From assembly GCA_963664225.1 (NCBI GenBank), contig OY760937.1, positions 4,800,001 to 4,864,000 on the forward strand: a stretch of DNA of 64,000 nt, given 5' to 3'. The translations under genes and the position numbers were made by a program. Of the stretch, positions 46,973 through 56,793 are shown piece after piece. The notes below the pieces were generated by a model, which saw only the letters and a program-made list of their open reading frames with translations, did no database searches and was not told the DNA's origin. The stretch comes from Verrucomicrobiia bacterium (GTDB taxonomy: Bacteria; Verrucomicrobiota; Verrucomicrobiia; Limisphaerales; UBA1319). How positions within the stretch are numbered: position 1 is the first letter of the stretch; the number at the start of each line of letters is the position of its first letter.

Positions 46973-48397
46973 TCAGGCAGGGATTTCCCAACCTTTGCGA
47001 TAGTTTTCCTTGATGAAGCGCTCTGCTTCCGGCGCGTTGGTCGCCTTCATATTCGCTGCGTCCCAATAAATCTTCTTTTGCACGCGCATGGCCAGCAGAC
47101 CCAGCAGGCCCACTTCGGTCAATCCGGCGCCGTATTCGAAATTGCTGCTGGGTTTTGCGCCGCCTTTGCAGGCATCGAGCCAGTCGCGATGATGGCCTTT
47201 GGAGCGGGGCAGTGTCTTGGGCGGCCGGACATAGACGTCGTTCTTGGAGCCGGGCAGCATGCGCGGATCGCCGCCCCATCCGGGGCAGGTGATCATCCCC
47301 TTGGAGCCGACGAACAGGGTGCCATTGCCTCCGGCGCCGAGTTGATCGTCGTCTTCCAAACCTTCCGGCCGGGGTGGCATCAGCCCGCCCTCGTACCAGG
47401 TGAATTTCACCGGCGGCTTATTGCCGCGCGCCGGGAATTGGTAGGTATAGAGGCCGCCTGGAGGCGCCATGTAATCGTCCACACCGCCTACTCCGTGAGC
47501 CTCGATGCTGGTGGGGGCCTTCAGGTCCAGTGCCCAGCAGGCCGGATCGAAGTTGTGGCAGAAAAAGTCGCCAATGGGCGCGGTGCCGAAATCCCAGTAG
47601 TCCCGCCAACTCACCGGGGAGTAAGCCGAGCTGTAGGGTCGCATCTCGCGCGGTCCGATCCACAGATCCCAATTCACGCCGGCGGGGGTTGCTTCCGGGG
47701 CCGGGCGGCCGGACCAATATTTTTTATTCCAGCGTGAAGCGGCGGTCCAGGCATGAACCTCGCGAATTTCACCGATGGCGTCCGCCCAGATCCATTCGCA
47801 GGTCTGGCGGATGCTGTCTCCCGAGTGGCCCTGGTTGCCCATCTGCGTGGCCACACCGGTTTCCTGGGCCACTTTTGCAATGAGCCGGGCCTCCCAGATG
47901 TTGTGGGTCAGCGGCTTTTCGCAATAGGCATGCTTGCCCTGACGCATGGCGTTAATACAAACGTAGGCGTGCAGGTGATCGGGCGTGGCGCACAGAATGG
48001 CGTCGATCGATTTTTCCTTCTCGAGCATGACCCGGAAATCCTCGTATTCGGCAACGCTGTAATTGGGGGTTTTCTCTGAGAAATGCTTTTCGATCTCGTC
48101 TTTCACCGGCTTACGGCCGCCCATGCCCTTAAAATAATACTCCTCGAGGCTGAACGATTCGATGGGATCGGCCACCGCAACGATTTGCGCGTCCGCATGT
48201 GGGAATAGGGCGCGGACATTGGTGCGGCCCTGGCCTCCGCAGCCAATGAGGGCGATGTTTACTTTATCGCTGGGAGCCACAAATTTCGGGCCGCCCAGAA
48301 CATGCCGTGGGATGATCGTCAGCCCGGCAATGGCTGCGGACGTTGTGCCTAAAAACTTGCGGCGGGTGAGACCGCTTTTCTTCAGTGTTTCTTTCAT
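46973..48397 (-). CDS. Tat-exported Gfo/Idh/MocA oxidoreductase
   Basis: TRRKFL, IGCGGQG, TPDHLH, CEKPL, QMGNQG, WDLWIGP and DFGT. Confidence 0.9.
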   Translation of the reverse strand: MKETLKKSGLTRRKFLGTTSAAIAGLTIIPRHVLGGPKFVAPSDKVNIALIGCGGQGRTNVRALFPHADAQIVAVADPIESFSLEEYYFKGMGGRKPVKDEIEKHFSEKTPNYSVAEYEDFRVMLEKEKSIDAILCATPDHLHAYVCINAMRQGKHAYCEKPLTHNIWEARLIAKVAQETGVATQMGNQGHSGDSIRQTCEWIWADAIGEIREVHAWTAASRWNKKYWSGRPAPEATPAGVNWDLWIGPREMRPYSSAYSPVSWRDYWDFGTAPIGDFFCHNFDPACWALDLKAPTSIEAHGVGGVDDYMAPPGGLYTYQFPARGNKPPVKFTWYEGGLMPPRPEGLEDDDQLGAGGNGTLFVGSKGMITCPGWGGDPRMLPGSKNDVYVRPPKTLPRSKGHHRDWLDACKGGAKPSSNFEYGAGLTEVGLLGLLAMRVQKKIYWDAANMKATNAPEAERFIKENYRKGWEIPA

Positions 48398-48622
48398 AAT
48401 GATATCAGGATTAACAATGCGGAATGTGCGACGAAATGGAGTTTTGAAGCGCGATTTTGGTTCCGGCCATGGCGGCGATGCCCGGCGCAAAAGCGCATAA
48501 AGCGCCCGTCGCTCTGTTCAAATCGCGGATTGGGTTCAAAGCGACGTAAAATCTGTGGCAAAAACCGTGGGGACACAAGCCGAAAGTGGCCCCGCTGGAC
48601 AAGCGAAAGGGCTGGTTAAAAG

Positions 48623-49027
48623 CTATTCCCGCGCGGTTTGAGGCGGCTCCGAAGGGATGCCCGTGTCTTCCGGCGTGAGTTTGCCTTTGGCCTTGAGGGC
48701 GGCATGTTCCAAATCGACCTTAAACTCATATCGGAACTGCGGGGTGACGAGGATGTTTTTGAAAAATCCGCAGCGTTTCTGGATGATGATGCGGCGGCGG
48801 GAACCCTTCCAGGTATTGGACCATGGCTCGGCCCATTTGGTGCGGCTTTTCGATACGAGTATGATGTCCTGAAGGCGCACCCAGCGTAATGGAATCCCAA
48901 ACAACACGATTTCGAAATGGGTTTTTGTAATCCGGTAGTGCAATTGCGTGGGCAACCATAGAATTAATGCAATCAGGGCTATGGTGGATAGCCCAAGACA
49001 CAATAACTGATATAACCACGGCGCCAT
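48623..49027 (-). CDS. Hypothetical membrane-anchored protein (bacterial PH-like)
   Basis: N-terminal TM, then YRIT...EIVLFG...V.LQDI...ILVTP pattern. Confidence 0.55.
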   Translation of the reverse strand: MAPWLYQLLCLGLSTIALIALILWLPTQLHYRITKTHFEIVLFGIPLRWVRLQDIILVSKSRTKWAEPWSNTWKGSRRRIIIQKRCGFFKNILVTPQFRYEFKVDLEHAALKAKGKLTPEDTGIPSEPPQTARE

Positions 49028-49093
49028 AGTTTGTTAGAAAAGCTGTGACGCGACCTTACCCAAGCTTTGCGAGATTGCAAAGAAAAAAATAAT

Positions 49094-49717
49094 TTATTTC
49101 AAGGCGGGATCGGGAATGAAAATCTTTTTACCGGGATAAACCGCGCTGGCTTTCAAGCCTGGATTGGCCTTTAACACCATGTCCATGGTGACTTTGATCC
49201 CTTGCTTGCGGTATTCGGCCACAATGGCGGAGAGGGAGTCCCCCTTCTGGACCACGTATTCATAACCCTTCATTTCGGTGGCTGCCGCTGTATCCTCCGG
49301 TTGTTTGGCCCGGGGCTTGACCGAATCGCGCGGTGGCGCGGGAATTGGAGTTTCGGCTATTTTCTGCAATTTCTCGAGCATTTGGCGCCGTTCCGCATCC
49401 CGTTTCTGGTCGAGTTCCTGAACCTTGTTCGCCAGGTGTCTGATATCCTCCTGCGTGGCGTAGTTGGGATTCGATGTCTTGAGCCGGTCAATATCTTCGC
49501 GCACCTGGCGCAGTTCCTGACCCATTTCAGCAAGTCTTTTTAAAACGGTTGTCTGCGAGGCCTGCAAATCCTCCACCGCCGAGTTTAATCGGCGATAGCG
49601 CTCTTCTTCAGCCTGGCGCCGGGCTGCTGCGGCGGCCGCATCAGCATCCTGAGCTTTTGGCACCAGCGTGACGAGCGCCAGGGCCAGCATGGTAATCAGA
49701 AAACCATTCAGTTTCAT
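49094..49717 (-). CDS. Secreted coiled-coil plus LysM peptidoglycan-binding protein
   Basis: Signal peptide, long heptad region and C-terminal YVVQKGDSLSAI...ANPGL...VYPGKKIFIP. Confidence 0.88.
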   Translation of the reverse strand: MKLNGFLITMLALALVTLVPKAQDADAAAAAARRQAEEERYRRLNSAVEDLQASQTTVLKRLAEMGQELRQVREDIDRLKTSNPNYATQEDIRHLANKVQELDQKRDAERRQMLEKLQKIAETPIPAPPRDSVKPRAKQPEDTAAATEMKGYEYVVQKGDSLSAIVAEYRKQGIKVTMDMVLKANPGLKASAVYPGKKIFIPDPALK

Positions 49718-49723
49718 GACGGG

Positions 49724-49752
49724 AACATAGGAACCGCACGGTTCGGGCGCAA
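49724..49752 (-). promoter_or_regulatory. Putative sigma70 promoter, leaderless geometry (LysM gene)
   Basis: Minus strand TTGCGC-N17-TATGTT-N6-ATG(49717). Confidence 0.55.
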
Positions 49753-49837
49753 GAACGGAATGCATCGGCATTTTATGCGCGATCCCGGGCCGCGCATCGT
49801 GGAATTATTCGGCCCCTGCATCGATTGAGGCATGGGC

Positions 49838-49866
49838 TTGCAGGTCTGGGGGAGGTGTGTCATTCT
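49838..49866 (+). promoter_or_regulatory. Putative sigma70 promoter, leaderless geometry (FMN reductase)
   Basis: TTGCAG-N17-CATTCT (with TGn extension)-N6-ATG(49873). Confidence 0.55.
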
Positions 49867-49872
49867 GCCGGC

Positions 49873-50424
49873 ATGATCAACTTGATTGTGGGCACGAACC
49901 GGCCGGGAAGCAATACGCGCAAGGTTTCTGCGCAAGTTGAGGAAATTTACCGAAATCTGGGTGTGCCATTGCAGACCCTGGATCTGGCCGATATGCCGCA
50001 GGAGATTTATTTGCCGTCCGCCTACTCTGTCAAACCGGCGGCATTCAAAAAGTTTTCGGATGCGGTGGTCAATGCCCACGGGCTGATTGTGGTCACGCCC
50101 GAATACAACGGCAGCATGCCGGGAGTGCTCAAGTATTTCATAGATATGCTCAAATTCCCGGAGAGCTTTTGCAAGCGGCCGGTCTGTTTCGTCGGATTGT
50201 CAGCGGGGATCTGGGGGGCGTTGCGCCCGATCGAGGAATTGGAGCTGGTCTTCGGTTATCGCAAGGCCTTTGTCTATCCTGAGCGCGTTTTCATCCCCGG
50301 AATCCAGTCAGTTCTCAATCCACAGGGGCGGATCGAAGATGCGGAGATTCTCGGACGTCTAAAATCCCAAGCGACGGGTTTTATTGATTTTGTCGAGCGA
50401 TTGGACGGCGTTCACTTGAAATGA
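49873..50424 (+). CDS. NADPH-dependent FMN reductase (flavodoxin-like)
   Basis: IVGTNRPGSNT, VTPEYNGSMPGVLKYFID and G.WGALRP. Confidence 0.92.
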   Translation: MINLIVGTNRPGSNTRKVSAQVEEIYRNLGVPLQTLDLADMPQEIYLPSAYSVKPAAFKKFSDAVVNAHGLIVVTPEYNGSMPGVLKYFIDMLKFPESFCKRPVCFVGLSAGIWGALRPIEELELVFGYRKAFVYPERVFIPGIQSVLNPQGRIEDAEILGRLKSQATGFIDFVERLDGVHLK

Positions 50425-50529
50425 ATGTATTGGAATCACGGCCGCGCAACGGACGGATTGGAACTTGTCATGACCAAAATCGATGCAATGGAATTAGAGT
50501 ATTAACTTTGAAATGAAGGATCGAAAATT

Positions 50530-51567
50530 ATGATTAACGTGGGTGTAGTTGGAATGGGGTTCATGGGGGTGACTCATATTAAGGCTTACGCCAAGATCGA
50601 AGGGGTGCGATTGGCGGCCATTTGTGATGCCGTGCGCCTGCCGCTGGACGGGGATTTGTCGAAGGTCGCCGGGAACCTCAACGACACAAACCCGGTGAAA
50701 CTGGACATGACCAAGGTCAAGGCTTTCAAACGGCTGGAGGATTTGCTGGCGGATCCGGAGATCGACCTGATCGATTTATGCGTGCCCACACAGGCGCATG
50801 TGCCACTGGCCATCGCCGCGTTGAAGGCGGGCAAACATGTCGTTTGCGAAAAGCCACTGGCACGGACCTCGGCGCAGGCCCGGCAGATAGCCCAGGAAGC
50901 GGCTCGGTCCAAGGGATTGTTCATGCCTGCAATGTGCATTCGCTTCTGGCCTGAATGGGCGTGGGTGAAGCAGGCCATTGAAGATGGAACTTATGGTAAA
51001 GTGCTCGCGGCGCGGTTTCGGCGCGTGTCCGAAGCGCCGGCTTGGGGACGCGAAACTTACTTCAAGGGGGAAATTTCCGGCGGCGCCTTGCTGGACCTTC
51101 ACATTCATGACACGGACTTCGCGCAATATTGCTTTGGCCGGCCATTGAGCGTTTCATCGCATGGATTTCCAATCTACAGCGGGACCATCGATTACGTGGT
51201 GACCCAGTATGAAGTGGCCAGCGGTGCGGTGGTGTTTGCCGAAGGCGGCTGGATCATGAGCGACGGCTTCGGATTCAACATGAGTTACACCGTGCATTTT
51301 GAAAATGCCACCGCTGATTTTGACTCGGGGCGCGGCGCTGACGCACTGCGTCTCTATGAGCGGGGACAGGCTCCGCGCACAATCAAATGCGAAGGCGTGG
51401 ATGGCTACGTGGGTGAACTGAGCTATCTGGTCGATGCGATTCGCGCCGGACGGCCTTTAAAAAAATGCACCGCGCTGGATGGCCTGAGCTCCGTGGAAAT
51501 CTGCGAAGCCGAGGAGCGGTCGATCAAGGAAAAACGGCCGGTCCAACTTCCTCCGTTGACCCTTTAA
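50530..51567 (+). CDS. Cytoplasmic Gfo/Idh/MocA oxidoreductase
   Basis: VGMGFMG, CEKPL, IRFWP and GGALLDLHIHD; no signal peptide. Confidence 0.9.
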   Translation: MINVGVVGMGFMGVTHIKAYAKIEGVRLAAICDAVRLPLDGDLSKVAGNLNDTNPVKLDMTKVKAFKRLEDLLADPEIDLIDLCVPTQAHVPLAIAALKAGKHVVCEKPLARTSAQARQIAQEAARSKGLFMPAMCIRFWPEWAWVKQAIEDGTYGKVLAARFRRVSEAPAWGRETYFKGEISGGALLDLHIHDTDFAQYCFGRPLSVSSHGFPIYSGTIDYVVTQYEVASGAVVFAEGGWIMSDGFGFNMSYTVHFENATADFDSGRGADALRLYERGQAPRTIKCEGVDGYVGELSYLVDAIRAGRPLKKCTALDGLSSVEICEAEERSIKEKRPVQLPPLTL

Positions 51568-51645
51568 CAGACGTATTTTGCAAAGTGAGCGGTGGATGAA
51601 CGGAAATTTCCGTCCACCGCTCCAGCTTTCCGGCATCAGCGCAGT

Positions 51646-53574
51646 TTATCGTTTAATGCGTCCGGCGGTGCGGGCATCCACAGCCTCGATACCCAGAGCG
51701 CGCGCGGGCGAGTTCTCGTCAAAGCGGAAATCCGCCTCCCGCCAATTCTTAAACAGAGGGTCTTCAATGCTGCTGCCTTCCGGGGCGCCTTCCAGGGTTA
51801 CCTTCTGAGTGTATTGATCCATGGCCACACGCTCGATCCGATTGGTCCCGCTATAAAAGATGTTCTTGGACCAGTTGGTGACGGCGTTCCAACCCTCGAT
51901 CCGGATTTTTCCCGTGGCATAGAAGACGTTTCTGGCAATGGTATAGTCGGTGGAGCGGGGCAGGGTGATCTTCATGTCCCCGTCATAAGCGAACATGTTG
52001 TTGCGGATGACATTATTTGTGGCCATATGATTGTGGGACGGCCAGCCGACGTTGATGGAGGTGTTTTTTTCCACGATGCAGTGCCAACTGCGTTCATCCA
52101 GGTAATAAGCGGAAGCGCCATAACCGCCCAGATCCACAAAATCCCTGGCCAGATTTCCGCGCATGATGCAATTGGTTGCGGCAAAGAGATAGATGGCCGC
52201 GCCGTCGTGGAGCACTTTCATGCAATCGTAAATCAGATTGTTTTCGATGGTGTTGGTGTTTCCTCCATAATTGATGGCGGCATAGGTGCAGTCGTGAATT
52301 TCGTTGTGACTGACTCGATTGTTGGTGCCGCCTCTGAAAATTCCAATGGCGCTGGGGAACATCAGCCCCACGCCGTGAACATGGTTGTCATAAATCATGG
52401 TGTTCACGCCGCCCACATAGATGCCACCCGCGCCGCACTGGCCCACGTCGCAATGTTCCACGCGCAGCTTGCGATCGGATTCGTGCCCCCCGTTAATGCC
52501 ATGTCCGGCCACATTCGTCACCGTGAGATGATTCAGAAAGCAGTTCTCCGTCCGTTCAAGCGCGATGGCTCCGTCAAAGGCGGCTGCACCAAAACCGCCA
52601 GCGATGAGCGGCACTGTGGTCACCGAGAAAACAAGGTCCTTGATTGTGGTGTTGCGCAATGGGAGATTCGATTTTCCTTTCAGTCGAAGAATGGTGGAGC
52701 GCGTGGGAATGATGACTTCCGCCCTGGTCATGTCCTGCCCGGGTAATGGCCAGTAAACGACTTTGGAGCGGGCCCGATCAAAATACCATTGGCCGGGCTT
52801 TTTCATTCCTTCGCGGACATTCCAAATCACATATTTGCGGACATCGAACGCGCCCGGAGGATGCCCTGTAGCCGGGGATAATTTCAAGATGGCCTTGGCG
52901 GCGTCATGGGCGATCACACCGACACAGGATTCATCCCACATGTGGTAAACGGTGATTTCGGCATTTTTGATTTCCAGTTTCGCGTTCAGATCGCCCGCTT
53001 TATATTTGAGCGTCGTCAATTCCTCTTCTGTGGGGGGGCGTTTCCATCCGCCACCAGTCGAACTCATCCACGGCACATCGAAATGGGTGACATGCTCAAA
53101 AGTGCCCGTTTCAGGGAGGCGCGCCCTGGGGCACATCCGCCCATCGACCTGCAGCAGTCGGATGTCCCAGTTGGTGTTTTTATCGACTTTTAACCCGTCG
53201 CTTTGAGCCCTGCCAGAACCAAACGGTGGAAGGCTGGCAGCGAAAAACCCATCTCCATCGGGCTGCCAGCCTTCGAGTCGGCGGCCGCCAATCAAAACGG
53301 GTGTTTCCCCCGGAGCTGCCTGGATCGTCAAATTGGAGTCCTGCGGTTCGAGAACGAGGCTGGTGTCAAAATATCGACCGCCCCGAACGATGATTTGATG
53401 CGGAGCGGAGTTGGTCGCCGAGCGCGCCGCATCGCGTGCCTGGGTGAGTGTGGCCATCGGTGCTTCTTTGGTGCCGGGCGCATCCTCCCGTCCATCGGAG
53501 GCTACGTAAAAAACGGACGATTGAGCCTCCAGCGAGAAGGCGATAAGACTCAGGCAGAGGATTTTTACAGACAT
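51646..53574 (-). CDS. Secreted right-handed parallel beta-helix protein (GH141-like)
   Basis: Signal peptide; FYVASDG...GT...P.ATL..ARDA, RGGRY, PRAR.P, PGQWYFD, DGAAIY, YLDE and DPLF...DFR. Confidence 0.82.
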   Translation of the reverse strand: MSVKILCLSLIAFSLEAQSSVFYVASDGREDAPGTKEAPMATLTQARDAARSATNSAPHQIIVRGGRYFDTSLVLEPQDSNLTIQAAPGETPVLIGGRRLEGWQPDGDGFFAASLPPFGSGRAQSDGLKVDKNTNWDIRLLQVDGRMCPRARLPETGTFEHVTHFDVPWMSSTGGGWKRPPTEEELTTLKYKAGDLNAKLEIKNAEITVYHMWDESCVGVIAHDAAKAILKLSPATGHPPGAFDVRKYVIWNVREGMKKPGQWYFDRARSKVVYWPLPGQDMTRAEVIIPTRSTILRLKGKSNLPLRNTTIKDLVFSVTTVPLIAGGFGAAAFDGAIALERTENCFLNHLTVTNVAGHGINGGHESDRKLRVEHCDVGQCGAGGIYVGGVNTMIYDNHVHGVGLMFPSAIGIFRGGTNNRVSHNEIHDCTYAAINYGGNTNTIENNLIYDCMKVLHDGAAIYLFAATNCIMRGNLARDFVDLGGYGASAYYLDERSWHCIVEKNTSINVGWPSHNHMATNNVIRNNMFAYDGDMKITLPRSTDYTIARNVFYATGKIRIEGWNAVTNWSKNIFYSGTNRIERVAMDQYTQKVTLEGAPEGSSIEDPLFKNWREADFRFDENSPARALGIEAVDARTAGRIKR

Positions 53575-53716
53575 CATGAACTATTTAGACGGATCGATTC
53601 ATACCGCAAATTCAAAATTATTGATGGGAATGTTTTATTTCGAATTGCGAAGTCTTTGGGAGTGTCTAAAAATTGATACGCTGTTGAGATTCACCAAATT
53701 AATTAGGAGACCTGAT

Positions 53717-54961
53717 ATGAAACGATTCATTGCACTGTTGAGTTTGTGCCTTGCGCCCGCATTGGCTCAAAGCGTGGCTGCGGCCAATGGGGATTGGGCA
53801 CAGTGGCGCGGTCCGCTCAGGAGCGGAGTTTCGAGCGAGACGGGCCTGCTCAAGCAATGGCCTGCCGAGGGACCGGCGCTGGTCTGGAAGGCCACCGGCA
53901 TTGGAGGTGGATATTCCAGTGTCGCGGTTGCCGAAGGGCGCATTTACACCCTGGGCGAGGACAAGGACGCCTCCTATTTGCGGGCGATGAATGCCCAGGA
54001 TGGAAAAATTCTCTGGTCGGTGAAAATTGGCAAGGCCGGCGTAACGGGTTGGGGTGGCTTCTCCGGACCTCGTAGCACCCCTACCATCGACGGTGATAAT
54101 ATCTATTGCCTGGGTCATTTCGGCGATCTGGTCTGCGTATCTGCGGATGGGAAAGTGGTCTGGCAAAAGAACCTCGTCACCGATTTCGGCGGCGCACTTC
54201 CCGAATGGGGCTTTGCGGAATCGCCCCTGGTGGATGGCGGCAAAGTGCTCTGCACACCGGGCGGCGACCAGGGCAGCGTCATTGCTCTGGATAAAAAAAC
54301 CGGAGAAACGCTGTGGCGCACTAAAGAGATCACGGACAAGGCGCATTACGCCTCGATCATTCTGGAGACCATTGATGGCGTGCGGCAATACATCCAGTTA
54401 ACCGATGCGACCCTGATGGGCCTGGCCGGGGATGGCAAGGTGCTGTGGCGCGCGAAAAGAGAGGGCAAAACCGCCGTCATTCCGACACCGGTTTATTTTG
54501 ATCATCATGTCTTCGTGACCTCGGGCTACGAAGCAGGCTGCAATCTTTTCAAAATCACCAAAACGGATGCCGGATTTTCGGCGGAGCAGGTCTATGCCAG
54601 CAAGGATTTCATGAACCATCATGGCGGTGTGGTGCAGGTGGGGGAATATGTCTATGGACATTCCGACCGCAAAGGCTGGATGTGCCAGGAGATCAAGACC
54701 GGCAAGATCATGTGGAGCGAAAAGGAAAAGTTGCGCAAAGGGTCCATCTGCGCGGCGGATGGGTTTCTATATCTGCGCGCCGAGGATGAAAAAGGAACCG
54801 TGGCTCTTGTCGAAGCCAGCCCGGCGGGTTTTGTGGAGAAGGGGCGTTTCGATCAGCCCGATCGCAGCAACAAGAATAGCTGGCCGCACCCGGTGATCGC
54901 CAATGGCCGCCTTTATCTGCGCGACCAGGATCTGTTGCTCTGTTACGAGCTGAAAAAGTAA
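53717..54961 (+). CDS. Secreted PQQ-binding-like beta-propeller protein
   Basis: Signal peptide; DWAQWRGP.RSG, repeated G...W motifs and WPHPVIANGRLYLRD. Confidence 0.88.
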   Translation: MKRFIALLSLCLAPALAQSVAAANGDWAQWRGPLRSGVSSETGLLKQWPAEGPALVWKATGIGGGYSSVAVAEGRIYTLGEDKDASYLRAMNAQDGKILWSVKIGKAGVTGWGGFSGPRSTPTIDGDNIYCLGHFGDLVCVSADGKVVWQKNLVTDFGGALPEWGFAESPLVDGGKVLCTPGGDQGSVIALDKKTGETLWRTKEITDKAHYASIILETIDGVRQYIQLTDATLMGLAGDGKVLWRAKREGKTAVIPTPVYFDHHVFVTSGYEAGCNLFKITKTDAGFSAEQVYASKDFMNHHGGVVQVGEYVYGHSDRKGWMCQEIKTGKIMWSEKEKLRKGSICAADGFLYLRAEDEKGTVALVEASPAGFVEKGRFDQPDRSNKNSWPHPVIANGRLYLRDQDLLLCYELKK

Positions 54962-54986
54962 CGAAGAATCGAATTCTTACGAATGG

Positions 54987-55023
54987 GGCTGTTGCGGATA
55001 GAGATCGGCAACAGCCTTTTTTT
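54987..55023 (+). terminator. Rho-independent terminator
   Basis: GGCTGTTGC...GCAACAGCC followed by 7 T. Confidence 0.85.
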
Positions 55024-55085
55024 CTGGACAGTCATCGCTGGGAGCTGTGCTATGGTGGGGAACACAGATTACTGAACCACTTGCC

Positions 55086-56450
55086 ATGAGTATGAACATC
55101 GATAATGCCTCGTCGCGCCGGGATTTCATTAAAACCACCGGTCAGATTGTTGCCGTCTCCGCGCTCGCGGGCGTGCCGTTGCCGCAGGTGCATGCGGCGG
55201 GGAGCGACGAGATCCAGGTGGCACTCGTTGGCTGTGGCGGCCGGGGCACTGGCGCCGCCTCCCAGGCGTTATCGACCAGGAGCGGCCCTATCAAATTGGT
55301 GGCCATGGCGGATGTTTTTGAGAAGAGAATGTCCGGCAGCTATGCCGAGCTGAAAAAGAATCACGCCAGCCAGGTGGAGGTGCCCGAGGATCGCAAATTC
55401 CTCGGTTTTGATGCTTACAAAAAGGCGATGGATTGTCTCAAGCCGGGCGACGTGGTGATTTTTGCAACTCCTCCGGCGTTTCGCTGGGTGCATTTCCAAT
55501 ATGCGATTGAGAAGAACCTGAACGTCTTCATGGAAAAACCCGTCACGGTGGATGCTCCAACGACGCGCAAAATGCTCGAATTGGCAGGGGAATCCGAAAA
55601 GAAAAATCTCAAGGTGGGCGTGGGTCTGATGATCCGGCACTGCAAAGGGCGCAAAGAGCTTTATCAGCGGATCAAGGACGGCGAGATCGGAGATATCATG
55701 ATGCTCCGCGCCTACCGGATGCACGGGCCTGGAGGAAACGCAGGTCCACGTCCGGAGGGCATGTCGGAACTTCTCTACCAGGTGCAGAAGTTTCATAGTT
55801 TTCTCTGGTCCAGCGGCGGCGTCTTCAGCGACTACTACATTCACCAGATCGACGAATGCTGCTGGATGAAAGATGCCTGGCCGGTAAAGGCCCAAGCCAC
55901 TGGAGGGCGTCACTTTCGTGGGAAATCCCTGGATCAGAATTTCGACAATTACGCTGTGGAATACACTTTTCCAGACGGAACCAAATTCTTTTATTACGGA
56001 CGTAACATGGTGGGCTGCCATGAGGAATTTGCGAGCTACGCCCACGGCACCAAGGGTTCGGCCATCGTCACCACCTCCAGCCATGTTCCCGGCAAGGTGC
56101 GCACGTTCAAGGGCCAGAACCTCACACCGGAAAACATGCTTTGGGCATTCCCTCAACCTGAACTTAATCCCTACCAATTGGAATGGAACGACTTGATCGA
56201 AGCGATCCGCAACGACAAGCCTTATAACGAGGTCAAGCGCGGCGCGATGGCCAGCCTGATCACCTCCATGGGCCGCATGGCGGCTCACACGGGCCAGGAG
56301 ATTACTCTGGATCAAATGATGAGCGGCCAGCACGAGTTTGCTCCCACCGTCGATCAATTTACAATGACCTCTCCTGCGCCCATCGAGGCCGGACCCGATG
56401 GCAAATATCCCGTGCCTGAACCGGGGATCAAACAGGATCGAGAGTATTAA
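55086..56450 (+). CDS. Tat-exported Gfo/Idh/MocA oxidoreductase
   Basis: SRRDFIK, VGCGGRGTGA, ATPPAFR, FMEKPV and IHQID. Confidence 0.9.
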   Translation: MSMNIDNASSRRDFIKTTGQIVAVSALAGVPLPQVHAAGSDEIQVALVGCGGRGTGAASQALSTRSGPIKLVAMADVFEKRMSGSYAELKKNHASQVEVPEDRKFLGFDAYKKAMDCLKPGDVVIFATPPAFRWVHFQYAIEKNLNVFMEKPVTVDAPTTRKMLELAGESEKKNLKVGVGLMIRHCKGRKELYQRIKDGEIGDIMMLRAYRMHGPGGNAGPRPEGMSELLYQVQKFHSFLWSSGGVFSDYYIHQIDECCWMKDAWPVKAQATGGRHFRGKSLDQNFDNYAVEYTFPDGTKFFYYGRNMVGCHEEFASYAHGTKGSAIVTTSSHVPGKVRTFKGQNLTPENMLWAFPQPELNPYQLEWNDLIEAIRNDKPYNEVKRGAMASLITSMGRMAAHTGQEITLDQMMSGQHEFAPTVDQFTMTSPAPIEAGPDGKYPVPEPGIKQDREY

Positions 56451-56793
56451 CCCCCTGATACCGGGCTGCGGAGTCGCAGATCGTGAAAAAATTGCGCGTG
56501 TTCCTCACGGCAGCGATCTGCATTGACGCGACGATTTATCGCGCTTCGGAATAATCTTTGAAAACAGCCGCTGCAAGGTTTATGTTCTCACGCTTTGAAC
56601 AGGATTTCCTCATGATGTAAATCATGGCATTGAGTCCGGGTGAACTGAAACGTGTTTCTTTGAATGAGCTTCCGGGTGTGCCCTGCGGGAATTGGAAATG
56701 AACGAGAGCAATAACAGCGATGCGTTGGGGGATGTTTCCGAGTCGGATGCTGACCCCCTTCCTGCGGACGATAGGCAACGCCACGATTTTAGT

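Noticed and set aside
51592..52746. 384-aa + strand ORF
   Set aside because: Antisense to the beta-helix gene; no recognisable features.
55269..56357. 362-aa - strand ORF
   Set aside because: Antisense shadow of the Gfo/Idh/MocA gene.
56451..56793. 343-nt gap before tlyA; 12-mer TTGACGCGACGA shared with position ~17995
   Set aside because: No ncRNA signature; only two copies of a 12-mer with no shared context, compatible with chance.
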